64,000 nt of DNA from Candidatus Poribacteria bacterium (GCA_965197465.1 OZ240209.1:948713-1012712); one strand, 5' to 3'. Counted from the first letter of the stretch, positions 8,339-18,663 are shown. Made by a program: numbers and translations. Notes: generated from the sequence alone by a model not told the origin.

Positions 8339-10810
8339 ATGAAAATTCAACGCGATCTTACCACCGTCTTTTATATTTTTGCTTCCGGTGTGTACCTGAT
8401 TGTCGGGGCACGAAGTTTCGCCGAAGCACGTGATACCCCCGAGACAAGCTATTTCTATCTGGTCGGACTCCTCACTTGGGTGGTCGCAACGCTCGCCTGG
8501 ATGCAACAGCCTGACAATCGCGCGGCGCGAATTTCCTACCTGATGAGCCTCGGCTTCATGAGCGCCTGCTCCGTCGACGCAACATTCTCAATCAGCGAAG
8601 GGTCGTTAAGTAGCCGAATTGTGCCAATTGCGCAATTCATCGCAGCAGCCATTTTGCCCTGCCTTTTTCTCCACTGCTTTGCCATCTTCCCGTCAGAAAA
8701 ACGTATAGTTCAGCGCCACACGTGGTTGTTGAAAATCCTTTACCTACCGGGTGTTACCCTCTTTTTCGCGATGATGTTCCTCTACTTCAGTGGTCAAGAC
8801 TATGACCGAGAGTTTTTTCTTATACAGCTCCCGCCGTTGGAAGGTGTTGCAGTCGGCTTTCTCTTTGTCTATTCGACTGTCGGGCAACTATTATTGTTAC
8901 ATACCTGCTTCGCAGCACCATCGGCTTCTCAACGCCGCCAAGCGCGATGGTTGCTACTTGGAATCGTTGCCGGGACACTACCACAGGCGATTTTCATGGC
9001 TATACCCAGAGTGACGGACATTGCGATTCCCTATGTGCGATTCTCTGCCTACACCCTATGCCTAATCCCAATTTGCTACGTCGTCGCAATCATTCGACAC
9101 CGGTTGATGAATATTGAGTTAATCATCAATCGGAGTGTGGTTTACACGCTGGTGAGTGGTTTCGCGTTAGTAATCTACCTGTTGTGCATTCAAGGTTTAA
9201 CGCTGTTTTTCCATAGGCCGACCCGTTCATGGGCGTTAACGGCGGTATCTGTGCTCATAGCTGCTCTGCTTTTTGCGCCCGCCAAAACTCGCATTCAAAA
9301 GTTAATAGATCGTGCATTTGACCGTGAGGCATACAATTACCGTCAAACGCTTCTAGCGTTAAGCCAAACACTCCATTCCATCCTTGACTTGGAGACCCTC
9401 GTTTACACTCTCTTACGGCAAGTAACTGAAGCAATGCATATTGGTCAGGGCGTCGTGATGCAGCGGGCATCTTCCGACGAGACAAGATTTTTGCCCGAGG
9501 CATCCGTTGGTATGGAAATGTTACCTACCGGGACACATCTGAGGTTATCGCCACCACTGGTAGACGTGCTAAAAACCACAAAAAAGCCTCTCGATTTTAC
9601 GAACTTACCATTTGATGAAAACAGCATTGAAATACTCAATACGACTGCATCTGCAAAGGTTTCATCAGACGAATTTCTTGCTCTGCTTCGTTCGGCGGTA
9701 TGGATTCCTTTTGTAACGCGAACGAAGGATCAGGAAAATCTTGTTGGACTGCTTGTGCTTGGCGAGAAACTATCGGAAGAACCCTACTCTCAAACAGATC
9801 TCGATCTGCTTGGGATTCTGGCGCATCAAGGTGCCACGGCAGTCGAAAATGCAACGCTGTATGCTCAGTTGAACGCTCGGACAAAGGCGATGGAGCAGGC
9901 ACGCAAACAATTGATGACAACCTACCTAGATACTTACGGGGGGACAATGCCAGCTAATGGGCAATCGGAAGCATGGCTTGGAAAAGAAATGGGCAAGGAC
10001 CTCGTCTCAGATTTCAACAGCATCTCTAATGCCCTTAAAGATAGCCACGATCAACTCACGCAATTAGATCGTCTCAAATCTCAGTTTCTCGACAACGTTT
10101 CGCATGAACTTCGAACACCATTAACACATATCAAGGGTTTTGTAGACAACATGCTAGATGGTGTTGGCGGTAAGATCTCTGCGAAGCAAGAGGATTACCT
10201 GCTACGTGTGGAAGAAAATTGCGATCGATTGATTCGACTCATCAACGACTTGCTGGACCTCTCGCGAATCGAATCGGGAAAGATGGCACTACAGCTTGAA
10301 CCGCTCCAGCTCCGTCCCATTCTTGAAGAAGCGGTTGACGGGATGCAATCGGTAACAAACCAGAAAGGGATTTTTGTTAATCTCGACAGTCCCTCGGATG
10401 TCGTCGCATGGGTAGACACCGACAAAATGAAACAAATCTTGACGAATCTACTCGATAACGCCGTAAAATACACCGAACATGGCGGACACATTCGAGTCAG
10501 TGTCACAACTCCATCTAAGCACGAAGTCCAAGTCTGTATTGAAGATACTGGTGTGGGCATTCCTGATACGGATATGAACCTCATTTTCGATCGCTTTCAC
10601 CGCGCAACTAATCCCAAAAGCGGTTCTGTTGGTGGGATCGGTTTGGGATTGCCGATTGTCAGGAATTTAGTCGAATTGCATGGCGGCCGAATCTGGGCGA
10701 GGAGCGAAGTTGGCAAGGGGAGCCGTTTCTACCTTACCTTGCAACGTGATGCGTCAGGGAATTCGAATGGATCTTCTTCCTCGGCCAATGAAACGATTCC
10801 CGTTGACTAA
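8339..10810 (+). CDS. Membrane sensor histidine kinase (multi-pass N-terminal domain, GAF-like region, HisKA, HATPase_c)
   Basis: 823-aa ORF with about 8 hydrophobic segments in aa 1-320. The H-box is FLDNVSHELRTPLTHIKG, the N-box LLDNAVKYT, and the G-boxes DTGVGIP and GGIGLGLPIV. No response regulator gene is adjacent. Confidence 0.85.
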   Translation: MKIQRDLTTVFYIFASGVYLIVGARSFAEARDTPETSYFYLVGLLTWVVATLAWMQQPDNRAARISYLMSLGFMSACSVDATFSISEGSLSSRIVPIAQFIAAAILPCLFLHCFAIFPSEKRIVQRHTWLLKILYLPGVTLFFAMMFLYFSGQDYDREFFLIQLPPLEGVAVGFLFVYSTVGQLLLLHTCFAAPSASQRRQARWLLLGIVAGTLPQAIFMAIPRVTDIAIPYVRFSAYTLCLIPICYVVAIIRHRLMNIELIINRSVVYTLVSGFALVIYLLCIQGLTLFFHRPTRSWALTAVSVLIAALLFAPAKTRIQKLIDRAFDREAYNYRQTLLALSQTLHSILDLETLVYTLLRQVTEAMHIGQGVVMQRASSDETRFLPEASVGMEMLPTGTHLRLSPPLVDVLKTTKKPLDFTNLPFDENSIEILNTTASAKVSSDEFLALLRSAVWIPFVTRTKDQENLVGLLVLGEKLSEEPYSQTDLDLLGILAHQGATAVENATLYAQLNARTKAMEQARKQLMTTYLDTYGGTMPANGQSEAWLGKEMGKDLVSDFNSISNALKDSHDQLTQLDRLKSQFLDNVSHELRTPLTHIKGFVDNMLDGVGGKISAKQEDYLLRVEENCDRLIRLINDLLDLSRIESGKMALQLEPLQLRPILEEAVDGMQSVTNQKGIFVNLDSPSDVVAWVDTDKMKQILTNLLDNAVKYTEHGGHIRVSVTTPSKHEVQVCIEDTGVGIPDTDMNLIFDRFHRATNPKSGSVGGIGLGLPIVRNLVELHGGRIWARSEVGKGSRFYLTLQRDASGNSNGSSSSANETIPVD

Positions 10811-11007
10811 AGGGCTAGATCCCGATAAAATGGTGTCCTATACTCTCCAGACACGCCCTCTTAGCTTGGATCGCCAAATTCGAGTCTCTTGGTATGCCGA
10901 GAATCTTTGAATCCACTGCGAGCGGGATTATAGTCATTGCAGCTAAGAATTACACATACAGGATTTACGCAGTTCGGTTTGTAGTAGCGCAATTTATTGC
11001 GCGTCTT

Positions 11008-11085
11008 CTGTAGGAGCGAGTTTTACTCGCGACTCCAGAACTTTGCTCGCGATAGGAAGTCGCGACCGGGAGATCGCTCCTACAG
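11008..11085. repeat. Large REP-like inverted repeat with GTAG heads on both strands
   Basis: ctGTAGGAGCGA (11008..11019) pairs with TCGCTCCTACag (11074..11085). The 54-nt interior carries three TCGCGA palindromes (actcgcgact, gctcgcgata, agtcgcgacc). A neighbouring short palindrome gcgcaat-tt-attgcgc lies at about 10987..11003. Confidence 0.6.
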
Positions 11086-11155
11086 TAAGTTTGTAAAAGC
11101 AATCTTCAATCGTCAAATTGCCAAGGATATGTAAATTTTAATGTGAATGACTATA

Positions 11156-11386
11156 AGAACCTGTTTGAATAATCGGTGGCAAAGCTATTTTTGAGATTTT
11201 GAGAAAGATTTTTCATGTTTCCATTGTTGGCTGCTACATACCTGTAGGATTTCTATCGCAGTCGCTATTCGCTCCCTTGATCCCACTCTGGGGCTTTTTG
11301 AGGCTGGTAAGAGTTCTATCGCACTCCCTATGCAGTCGCTTGATCGCAGTGCGCACCCTACAAACTGTACTTTTCAAACAGGCTCT
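11156..11386. mobile_element. MITE-like element, copy 2 (231 bp, two internal sub-repeat units)
   Basis: The TIRs agaacctgtttgaa (11156..11169) and ttcaaacaggctct (11373..11386) are complementary at 13 of 14 positions. The left and right modules match copy 1. The interior has ggatttctatcgcagtcgctattcgctcccttgatccc and gagttctatcgcactccctatgcagtcgcttgatcgc. Confidence 0.6.
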
Positions 11387-11449
11387 AACAACGTTTTTTT
11401 CAATAGCGCACTCGCGATAAACTCGCGCGTCACCTAAGGAGATACGGAC

Positions 11450-12223
11450 ATGAAAATTGTGCGTTACCGCACTGACGAAATCATCAACTTCGGCATCATG
11501 GAAGAAGATGGAACAATCCGCGAAGTAGTCGGTTCACCGTTTGAGGACCTCGGTCCAAGCGGCGCCTTGACTCACCTGAGTGATGTGCATTTACTCGCGC
11601 CGGTGGAAGCACCTAGGATTATCGGCGTGGGTCTAAACTATGCCGAGCATGCTCGAGAGGTTGGCAAAGAACTCCCGACCGAGCCTATGCTGTTTATGAA
11701 ACCCTCCACTACGGGCATCGGTCCAGACGAAGCAATCATCTACCCACGCCAAGGGAAAAACGTACATTATGAGGCTGAACTAGCTGTGGTCATCGGATCT
11801 CCCGCGCGACGTGTGTCGGAAGCAGCAGCGCTTGACTATGTGCTGGGATATACGTGTGGGAACGATGTCAGCGAGCGGACAATTCAGTTTGCTGAAATGA
11901 AAATGGGTGCCATGCTTATCGGTAAAGGGTTTGACACGTTTTGTCCGCTTGGACCTTGTATAACTACCGATTTGGATCCAGGGAATCTTCGGGTGCAAGC
12001 TCGATTAAACGGCGAGGTGAAACAGAATGAGAGTACGTCAGATCTCATTTTCTCTGTCGCCCAACTGATTTCGTATATCAGTGCCGCGTTCACGATGCTA
12101 CCCGGCGACGTGATTATGACCGGCACACCATCTGGAGTGGGCCCCTTCGTTCCCGGCGATGTTGTTGAGATTGAGGTGGAAGGGATAGGAACCTTGAGAA
12201 ATCCAGTGGTTGCTGAAGACTGA
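11450..12223 (+). CDS. Fumarylacetoacetate hydrolase (FAH) family protein
   Basis: 257-aa ORF. Motifs IIGVGLNYAEHARE, YEAELAVVIG and GTPSGVG are typical of the FAH / 2-keto-4-pentenoate hydratase-like fold. Confidence 0.85.
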   Translation: MKIVRYRTDEIINFGIMEEDGTIREVVGSPFEDLGPSGALTHLSDVHLLAPVEAPRIIGVGLNYAEHAREVGKELPTEPMLFMKPSTTGIGPDEAIIYPRQGKNVHYEAELAVVIGSPARRVSEAAALDYVLGYTCGNDVSERTIQFAEMKMGAMLIGKGFDTFCPLGPCITTDLDPGNLRVQARLNGEVKQNESTSDLIFSVAQLISYISAAFTMLPGDVIMTGTPSGVGPFVPGDVVEIEVEGIGTLRNPVVAED

Positions 12224-12330
12224 TTTTCCTTGGGGCTAGAGAGCAATACAGGCAGTTACCATCAAACAGACAACGGATGCGCAGCGAAAACCTGATTGAA
12301 ATCTAGAGGTCATCAGCGCAAATATAATCT

Positions 12331-13080
12331 ATGAGACTTAAAAGTAAAGTTGCAATTGTCACCGGTGCTGGGTCTGGAATTGGAGAGGCAACCGCGCTTG
12401 CATTCGCCAAAGAGGGCGCAAGGGTTACCGTCGCGGATGTGGTGGATAGTGCGGGCAATGAGACGGTTGAACAGATTCGTGCCGCAGGCGGTGACGCCAT
12501 ATATGTCCACACGGACGTGACCTCTGCTAGCGATATTCAAGGTATGGTGAGCGCAACAATCAGCAACTATGGCAAACTGGACGTGCTTTTCAATAACGCA
12601 GGAATCGCAATGCGCCTAGCAGTTGCCGACCTACCAGAGGAAGACTGGGATCGCTGCATTGACATTAACTTGAAGGGGGCATACTTAGGCTCTAAATATG
12701 CGATACCGGCCATGATGGTAAACGATGGTGGTTCGATTATCAACACCGCATCAATTTATGGTATCGTCGGAGGCCCAAACCGTGCTGCTTATGTCGCATC
12801 TAAGGGCGGGATAGTCAACTTGACGCGCGGTATGGCACTTGATTACGCCGACAGTAACATTCGCGTCAACTGTATTTGCCCGGGTTATACAGATACGCCG
12901 ATAATTCAAAACATCGTTGAGACGCCGACCAAATATCAAGCGCTTGTGGAGCAGCACCCGATGGGACGACTCGCAAAACCGTTGGATATTGCTTACGGGG
13001 CGCTGTATCTTGCATCAGATGAGTCTGCATTCGTCACTGGAATCGCTTTACCTATTGACGGCGGGTACACAGCAGGTTGA
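12331..13080 (+). CDS. SDR family oxidoreductase (3-oxoacyl-ACP reductase-like)
   Basis: 249-aa ORF. Motifs are VTGAGSGIGEA (TGxxxGxG), NNAG and YVASKGG (YxxxK). Confidence 0.85.
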   Translation: MRLKSKVAIVTGAGSGIGEATALAFAKEGARVTVADVVDSAGNETVEQIRAAGGDAIYVHTDVTSASDIQGMVSATISNYGKLDVLFNNAGIAMRLAVADLPEEDWDRCIDINLKGAYLGSKYAIPAMMVNDGGSIINTASIYGIVGGPNRAAYVASKGGIVNLTRGMALDYADSNIRVNCICPGYTDTPIIQNIVETPTKYQALVEQHPMGRLAKPLDIAYGALYLASDESAFVTGIALPIDGGYTAG

Positions 13081-13121
13081 GGGCACTAGCCGAAGACAAA
13101 ACGCGTTGGATAAAACTCGCT

Positions 13122-13883
13122 CTATCCTGCGGTAGAATCGGACATTTGATTGATTAACGACGCGCTGTATCCGGCTCCAAAACCGTTGTCTATGTTTACA
13201 ACCGTTACACCGGAAGCACACGTATTTAACATGCTCAGCAACGCTGCCAACCCGCCAAGGCTTGCGCCATAGCCAACACTCGTCGGTACAGCAATGACGG
13301 GTTTATCAACCAACCCACCGACTACACTTGGCAGTGCCCCTTCCATTCCCGCTACAACAATAATGACGTTTGCCTCAAAGAGTTTTTCGTGGTTACCTAA
13401 GAGCCGGTGTAATCCTGCCACGCCAACATCGTATAGGCGTTCCACACGGTTCCCCATGATTTGGGCGGTTTCCGCTGCTTCCTCGGCAACCGGGATATCT
13501 GACGTGCCTGCAGATACGAGCAGCACACCTTCCCGTAGTGTACCCCGCGACTGTTGAACGGTGATTGTCCGACCAAGTTCGTTAAAACGTGCCTCCCCAT
13601 GCACGGTTTTAACCGCCTCGTACATTTCCGGGGTGGCACGGGTAGCTAACAACGGCTCCCCGGCATCCAAGATCCGCTTGCTAATCTCTTTCACCTGTGC
13701 CGTAGTTTTGCCTTGACAAAAAATCACCTCGGGAAAGCCTTTTCTCAGCTGCCGGTGATGATCTATCTTTGAGAATCCGAGGTCTTCAAAAGGAAGATGG
13801 CGCAGAGATTGTAGAGCATCACTAATCTCAATCTCCCCGTGTTTTATTCCCTCAAGAAGTGCCCTGAGTCTTTCGACATCCAT
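13122..13883 (-). CDS. larB: LarB-type AIR-carboxylase-like protein (pyridinium-3,5-biscarboxylic acid mononucleotide synthase)
   Basis: 253-aa ORF. It has the LarB-type N-terminal extension ([32 protein letters not shown]) followed by a PurE-like domain ([14 protein letters not shown]..., [14 protein letters not shown]). Confidence 0.65.
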   Translation of the reverse strand: MDVERLRALLEGIKHGEIEISDALQSLRHLPFEDLGFSKIDHHRQLRKGFPEVIFCQGKTTAQVKEISKRILDAGEPLLATRATPEMYEAVKTVHGEARFNELGRTITVQQSRGTLREGVLLVSAGTSDIPVAEEAAETAQIMGNRVERLYDVGVAGLHRLLGNHEKLFEANVIIVVAGMEGALPSVVGGLVDKPVIAVPTSVGYGASLGGLAALLSMLNTCASGVTVVNIDNGFGAGYSASLINQMSDSTAG

Positions 13884-13965
13884 AATGGAATTAAAATCCG
13901 GAAAAGGGGGAACTTGGAAGTAGCCGGTTTTCCCAGTGTCCCAAACTCCGAGGTGGAGTTGGAAC

Positions 13966-14008
13966 TAAAAAATAAGGGGCAAAGCACAGAATCATTGCTT
14001 TGCCCCTT
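13966..14008 (-). terminator. Rho-independent terminator downstream of the YtxH-like gene
   Basis: The stem arms are aaggggcaaagca (13974..13986) and tgctttgcccctt (13996..14008), 13 bp with a 9-nt loop. On the minus strand the hairpin is followed by a T-run (plus-strand aaaaaat at 13966..13972). Confidence 0.7.
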
Positions 14009-14033
14009 ACGATCTCTATAGGCCGCCTTACAG

Positions 14034-14459
14034 TTAGCTTGCGCTTTCCTCGGTAGCTTTGTCTACAACAACGGTATCGTCATTGCCATCCTGATCGGCT
14101 GCTCCACCGGCACGCGAGAAAACGCTACCAATCTCCGCTTTCTTTTCCATGAAGGCTTTTTTGCCAGTGTCAACTGCCGTTTTTACATTCTGCGTTGTGT
14201 CATGAATCTGTTCCTTTCCAAGATCGACAAATTCATGGACACCCTCTCTCGCCGTTTCAGTTGCTCTGTGGGCAACGTCCACCGCGCGTTCTTTCGCATC
14301 CGTAGACGCGTCGTGAATCCTTTTTCGTGTTTCACGTCCCGAGGCAGGCGCCAAGAGCAGGCCCAAGCATGCACCTGTCATAGCACCCACAAGGAAGGCA
14401 AAAAAGGTAAAAAACCCATTGCCTCGTCCTTCATTATCCATTTTACTCCTCCTTGCCAA
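14034..14459 (-). CDS. YtxH domain-containing protein
   Basis: 141-aa ORF with one N-terminal TM segment (FFTFFAFLVGAMTGACLGLLLAPASGRETRKRI), followed by charged helical sequence as in the YtxH family. Confidence 0.6.
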   Translation of the reverse strand: MARRSKMDNEGRGNGFFTFFAFLVGAMTGACLGLLLAPASGRETRKRIHDASTDAKERAVDVAHRATETAREGVHEFVDLGKEQIHDTTQNVKTAVDTGKKAFMEKKAEIGSVFSRAGGAADQDGNDDTVVVDKATEESAS

Positions 14460-14687
14460 TTGTTAATAATTCTCTTTACGGATTCATTGATCCATTCATG
14501 TTTCACATCTATTAACTGATTCATCCCGTTCTCGGTTTCAACAAGTGCAATTTCTGCATTGCATTGTTATGTGTAGAATCAGTGACCGTTCGCATTAACT
14601 AGAGATTCAAAGTAAAGCGTCCGTACAGAGACAGCCCTATGAGACGCTCGTTGCCATCCATTTCACACACGTATCTCACCATAGGTT

Positions 14688-15230
14688 TCAGGAATTACTT
14701 CCAGGGTTCGATTTCCCTGCCTTTCGAAACCGGCTCAACTCTTCAAATCCTCGCTTGAATCCTTCCCATGCACTGATGATGTCGGAGATGGGAATAGTGA
14801 GTTGATCGCGATAATATCCAGCACGTCTCACTGTCTGCTGCGAGAAATCCACAACGGCATTGACCAACTCATTAAGTTTCGTAAGATTTTGGTTAACCGT
14901 CTCGGTCATTTGTTGGATGTTGTGGGCAGTTGGTTGGAGCTCTGCCTCGCTAATCTCTTGGACCGACGCCGTGATTCCATTGACGTTCTCCATTATCTGT
15001 GGCAATTCCTTATTGACCTCTTTGACGGCTTGGTCGACATCCCTCAGTAAAGTTGCCACTTCCTTATCAATTAAATTCTCGGTAGATTTCAAAGTGTTCC
15101 GGATGCTATCAAGAGAATTGCGTATGCTGCCCAGCGCTGCGCACACGTATGCAACCATAGCACTAAGTGCAAGTAACAATATACCGAGACATATTTTCCA
15201 AGATACTGAAGCTATCAGGGACCAATCCAT
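14688..15230 (-). CDS. Membrane-anchored coiled-coil protein (DUF948-like)
   Basis: 180-aa ORF with an N-terminal TM segment (ICLGILLLALSAMVAYVCAAL), then heptad-like helical sequence. It is adjacent to the YtxH gene, as is common for DUF948/YtxH pairs. Confidence 0.4.
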   Translation of the reverse strand: MDWSLIASVSWKICLGILLLALSAMVAYVCAALGSIRNSLDSIRNTLKSTENLIDKEVATLLRDVDQAVKEVNKELPQIMENVNGITASVQEISEAELQPTAHNIQQMTETVNQNLTKLNELVNAVVDFSQQTVRRAGYYRDQLTIPISDIISAWEGFKRGFEELSRFRKAGKSNPGSNS

Positions 15231-15286
15231 GTTTTCTCTCCTACGAAGCTAAAATCCTCTGGCTTTGTTCTATCTTAGGTAAAGTC

Positions 15287-17938
15287 CTAGGCTTGGTTCG
15301 CGACAATTTTCACGACCTCGTCAATCGCGTCCTTCACCTTACTTGGGTCTTTGCATCCGCCCTGAGCAAGATCTGAACGTCCACCTCCACGTCCACCAGC
15401 AATGCGGACAACGTCCTGAATAATTTTTCCTGCATGCAATCCTGTATCTTTTGCAAGATTAGACGTCACACCTGCTACGAAGGTTGCTTCATCCCCGTCT
15501 GTCGTCGCCAGAACTACCACTCCAGATGAAATTTGCTCCTTTAATTCATCAACAAGATGGCGAAGTCCGTTTCTGTCCGCATTCTCGACGGCTGATGCAA
15601 CGACCTTGAATCCGTTAACGACCGTGGCGCCCTGAGCCAGATCTGCGACACGCGATTTTGCCAGTTTTCCCTTCAGTGCTTCAAGCTGTCCTTCAAGTAA
15701 TCTGTTCTCTTGAAGAAGTGCTTCCACTCGCTTTGTTAAGTGGTGAGTTGGTGTCTTGAGTAAATCTGCGAGGCGTGAAAGCGTGTCATCTTGGGCACAC
15801 ACATTTTGATATGCTTTTGCACCGGTTAATGCTTCAATACGACGCACACCGGCGGCAATGCTGCTTTCATTGACCAGCTTTACCAAACCAATTTCACCTG
15901 TTGCGTTGACATGAGTCCCACCACACAACTCCTTGCTGTAGTCACCAATTTGCACGAGACGGACGATTTCACCGTACTTGTCGCCGAAAAAGGCAAGCGC
16001 CCCTCTGTCTTTAGCCTGCTGTAAAGGCATGAAATCAATCTCAATCGAATCATTCAATCGAATTTTTTCATTGATATACGCTTCAATGTCATAAAGCAAG
16101 TCGGGTGACACCGCCTCAAAGTGTGTGAAGTCAAAACGCAGCCTGCCCGGTTCTACAAGTGAACCTGCTTGGCCAACATGGCCCCCCAGCGTATTGCGCA
16201 ATGCACCGTGAAGGATATGTGTTGCGGTGTGGCTCACCGCAATATGCCCTCGACGATCGGCGTCAATCTTTGCTCTTACTGTTGCGGCAGCGGTAATTTC
16301 CCCTTCGATGACCTTGCATTCATGCAGAAAAAGGTCTGGCACAGGTTTACTAGTCGCAACGACTTCAAGCGCCGCATGTCGTCCTTCAATGATTCCCACA
16401 TCTCCAATTTGTCCCCCTGATTCACCGTAGAAAGGGGTGCGATTCAAGACAACCGAGACTTTGTCACCTTCAGACACGCCAGACACGAATTCATTCCCTT
16501 GTATCAAGGCGACAATCTCTGCTTCAGCACTGTGGTCCTCGTATCCGAGGAATTCTGTCTTCCCTGATTCACTGAGGACTTCGGCGTATATCTCTTGCCC
16601 TTTACCGGCGCCTCCGGCTGCTTTCCAATGTGCGCGACTCCGCTCACGTTGCCGGGACATACTTTCCTTAAACCCTTGTTCATCAATTGAGACTCCCCGT
16701 TCACTGGTGAGTATCCGTGTCAAGTCTAGTGGAAATCCGAACGTGTCATACAACTCAAATGCACGCGCCCCTGCCAATACCGACTCGTTTGAAGATTTCA
16801 AAGATTCAAGCGACGCATCAAGGAGATCTAACCCACGGTCTAAGGTCTGGTGGAAGCGTCTCTCTTCGCCTTCAACAATTCGCTTGACAAAATCCTTGCG
16901 CGGCCGCACGTCCGGAAACGTGTTTCCCAGCAAGTCCACAACCTTATCGACAACCTGATAGACAAATGGTTGGTTTATTCCCATTCGTTTACCGTAGAGG
17001 ACCGCGCGGCGCAGAAGACGACGAACCACATAGCCGCGTCCCTCGTTGGAAGGCATAACTCCATCACCTATCGCGAATGTAAGGCAACGGGAGTGATCCG
17101 CAATGACGCGGTGCGGAACCCCGCCATCATCATCAGAGTATTCCCGATCGGTGAGATTTGCGATGGAGTCAATCAGGGGCGTAAACACGTCAGTCTTGTA
17201 GTTCGAATCGACCCCCTGCAAGATTGCAACTGCTCGCTCGAATCCCATACCCGTATCAACATGCGTTTCGGGTAGGGGATGTAACGTGCCAGTGTCGTCG
17301 CGGTTGTATTGAATGAACACCAAATTCCAGAATTCACGATAGCGATCGCACGCATTTACCGCACATGTATGTTCTTTGTCCGGGGTCGGGCAGGCTTCCG
17401 GACCAAGATCGATATGGAGTTCGGAGTTTGGACCGCAGGGACCAGTATCGGCCATCTGCCAGAAATTGTCTTTGTCGTCAAATCGCTGTACATGTCGAGG
17501 GTTTATGTCGGTTACCTCGCACCAGAGATTTTCCGACTCATCGTCATCAAGATGGACGCTTGCCCATAACTTTTCTTTGGGCATTTTCCAGACTTCTGTG
17601 ACTAACTCCCAAGCGAAGGCAATGGCATCGCGCTTGTAGTAATCTCCAAACGACCAATTTCCCAACATTTCAAAGAAGGTGTGATGCGATTTGGAGTAGC
17701 CGACCTCTTCCAAATCGTTGTGTTTGCCACTCACCCGCATACACTTCTGCGTATCCACTGCCCGTTTGTAGTCGCGGTTACCTATTCCCAGAAACACATC
17801 TTTGAACTGATTCATCCCGGCATTGGTGAACAAAAGCGTCGGATCGTCCGCCGGTATGAGCGGTGCGCTAGGAACAACCGTGTGGCTACGCTTGCGGAAA
17901 TAATCAATGAAACTCGACCTAATCTCGTCTGATGTCAT
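15287..17938 (-). CDS. alaS: Alanine--tRNA ligase
   Basis: 883-aa ORF. The class II core has FTNAGMNQFKD and the editing domain has HTATHILHGALR and CGGTHV. A C-terminal DHHA1-like region is present. Confidence 0.95.
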   Translation of the reverse strand: MTSDEIRSSFIDYFRKRSHTVVPSAPLIPADDPTLLFTNAGMNQFKDVFLGIGNRDYKRAVDTQKCMRVSGKHNDLEEVGYSKSHHTFFEMLGNWSFGDYYKRDAIAFAWELVTEVWKMPKEKLWASVHLDDDESENLWCEVTDINPRHVQRFDDKDNFWQMADTGPCGPNSELHIDLGPEACPTPDKEHTCAVNACDRYREFWNLVFIQYNRDDTGTLHPLPETHVDTGMGFERAVAILQGVDSNYKTDVFTPLIDSIANLTDREYSDDDGGVPHRVIADHSRCLTFAIGDGVMPSNEGRGYVVRRLLRRAVLYGKRMGINQPFVYQVVDKVVDLLGNTFPDVRPRKDFVKRIVEGEERRFHQTLDRGLDLLDASLESLKSSNESVLAGARAFELYDTFGFPLDLTRILTSERGVSIDEQGFKESMSRQRERSRAHWKAAGGAGKGQEIYAEVLSESGKTEFLGYEDHSAEAEIVALIQGNEFVSGVSEGDKVSVVLNRTPFYGESGGQIGDVGIIEGRHAALEVVATSKPVPDLFLHECKVIEGEITAAATVRAKIDADRRGHIAVSHTATHILHGALRNTLGGHVGQAGSLVEPGRLRFDFTHFEAVSPDLLYDIEAYINEKIRLNDSIEIDFMPLQQAKDRGALAFFGDKYGEIVRLVQIGDYSKELCGGTHVNATGEIGLVKLVNESSIAAGVRRIEALTGAKAYQNVCAQDDTLSRLADLLKTPTHHLTKRVEALLQENRLLEGQLEALKGKLAKSRVADLAQGATVVNGFKVVASAVENADRNGLRHLVDELKEQISSGVVVLATTDGDEATFVAGVTSNLAKDTGLHAGKIIQDVVRIAGGRGGGRSDLAQGGCKDPSKVKDAIDEVVKIVANQA

Positions 17939-17945
17939 GCCTTAT

Positions 17946-18593
17946 TTACCTTTGACGGCTTTGCTCCATCGGTAAGACCTGCCGCATAACTTGCCCAATC
18001 GTTGCATGGTCGAAACCACGCCTGAGCAGGAAAGCGTGTAATCTCCGTTTAACGACATGTGGGGCGAGAGACTTGTAGCGGTTTGCCTGTTTTCTTGCCA
18101 ATTGCAGTGCTAGGGCTGCTTCGTCCGCATCATCGATCTCTGCCAAGACACGCTCCGCCGTGGATTTGTCAACTCCTTGGCTGGTCAACTCGCGCCTCAT
18201 TGCCATCTTGCTCGTCGGTCTTGTGCGCCGACGATTGTTGACCCAATTTTCTGCGTATTTCTCGTCCTTTATATGACCAAGATGTTCAAGGTTTTCGAGC
18301 GTCTCGTTGACTACATAATCGCAAAAACCGCCATTTTCCAGCGCCTGAATCATCTGCTCCTTGGTGTAAGTACCGTTCAATAGCAGCCTAAGCGCATGAT
18401 CTCTTGCTTTTATCACCTCGTCCGCAGCAATAAGTTTCCGGAGGGCAATCTCGTCAATCTCCAGACCAATCCGCAGCCCCAGCTTCGTAGTGAATCCCAC
18501 CTCTACCGTGGCAAAAGGAACCCCATCCATATGGATAGTACAACTCGAGGACCTTTCTTCCTCCAGTCGTATGTCGGTAATTTTCCTCTTCAT
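17946..18593 (-). CDS. recX: RecX family regulatory protein
   Basis: 215-aa ORF with a three-repeat helical RecX pattern (...DEKYAENWVNNRRR..., RRELTSQGVDKSTAERVL, FLLRRGFDHATI). It sits immediately upstream of alaS, the usual position. Confidence 0.8.
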   Translation of the reverse strand: MKRKITDIRLEEERSSSCTIHMDGVPFATVEVGFTTKLGLRIGLEIDEIALRKLIAADEVIKARDHALRLLLNGTYTKEQMIQALENGGFCDYVVNETLENLEHLGHIKDEKYAENWVNNRRRTRPTSKMAMRRELTSQGVDKSTAERVLAEIDDADEAALALQLARKQANRYKSLAPHVVKRRLHAFLLRRGFDHATIGQVMRQVLPMEQSRQR

Positions 18594-18663
18594 CCTAGGA
18601 GTCGGGACTAAGAACTCGGAGATTCACTAGCCTCCGAGCGAAGGGACGGGAAGCAGATTATAT

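Noticed and set aside
11199-11420. A 73-aa ORF here, and a 78-aa ORF at 31245..31481
   Set aside because: Both lie entirely within MITE-like elements and encode the same repeat-derived peptide segments (SQSLFAPLIP...). They are most likely non-coding.
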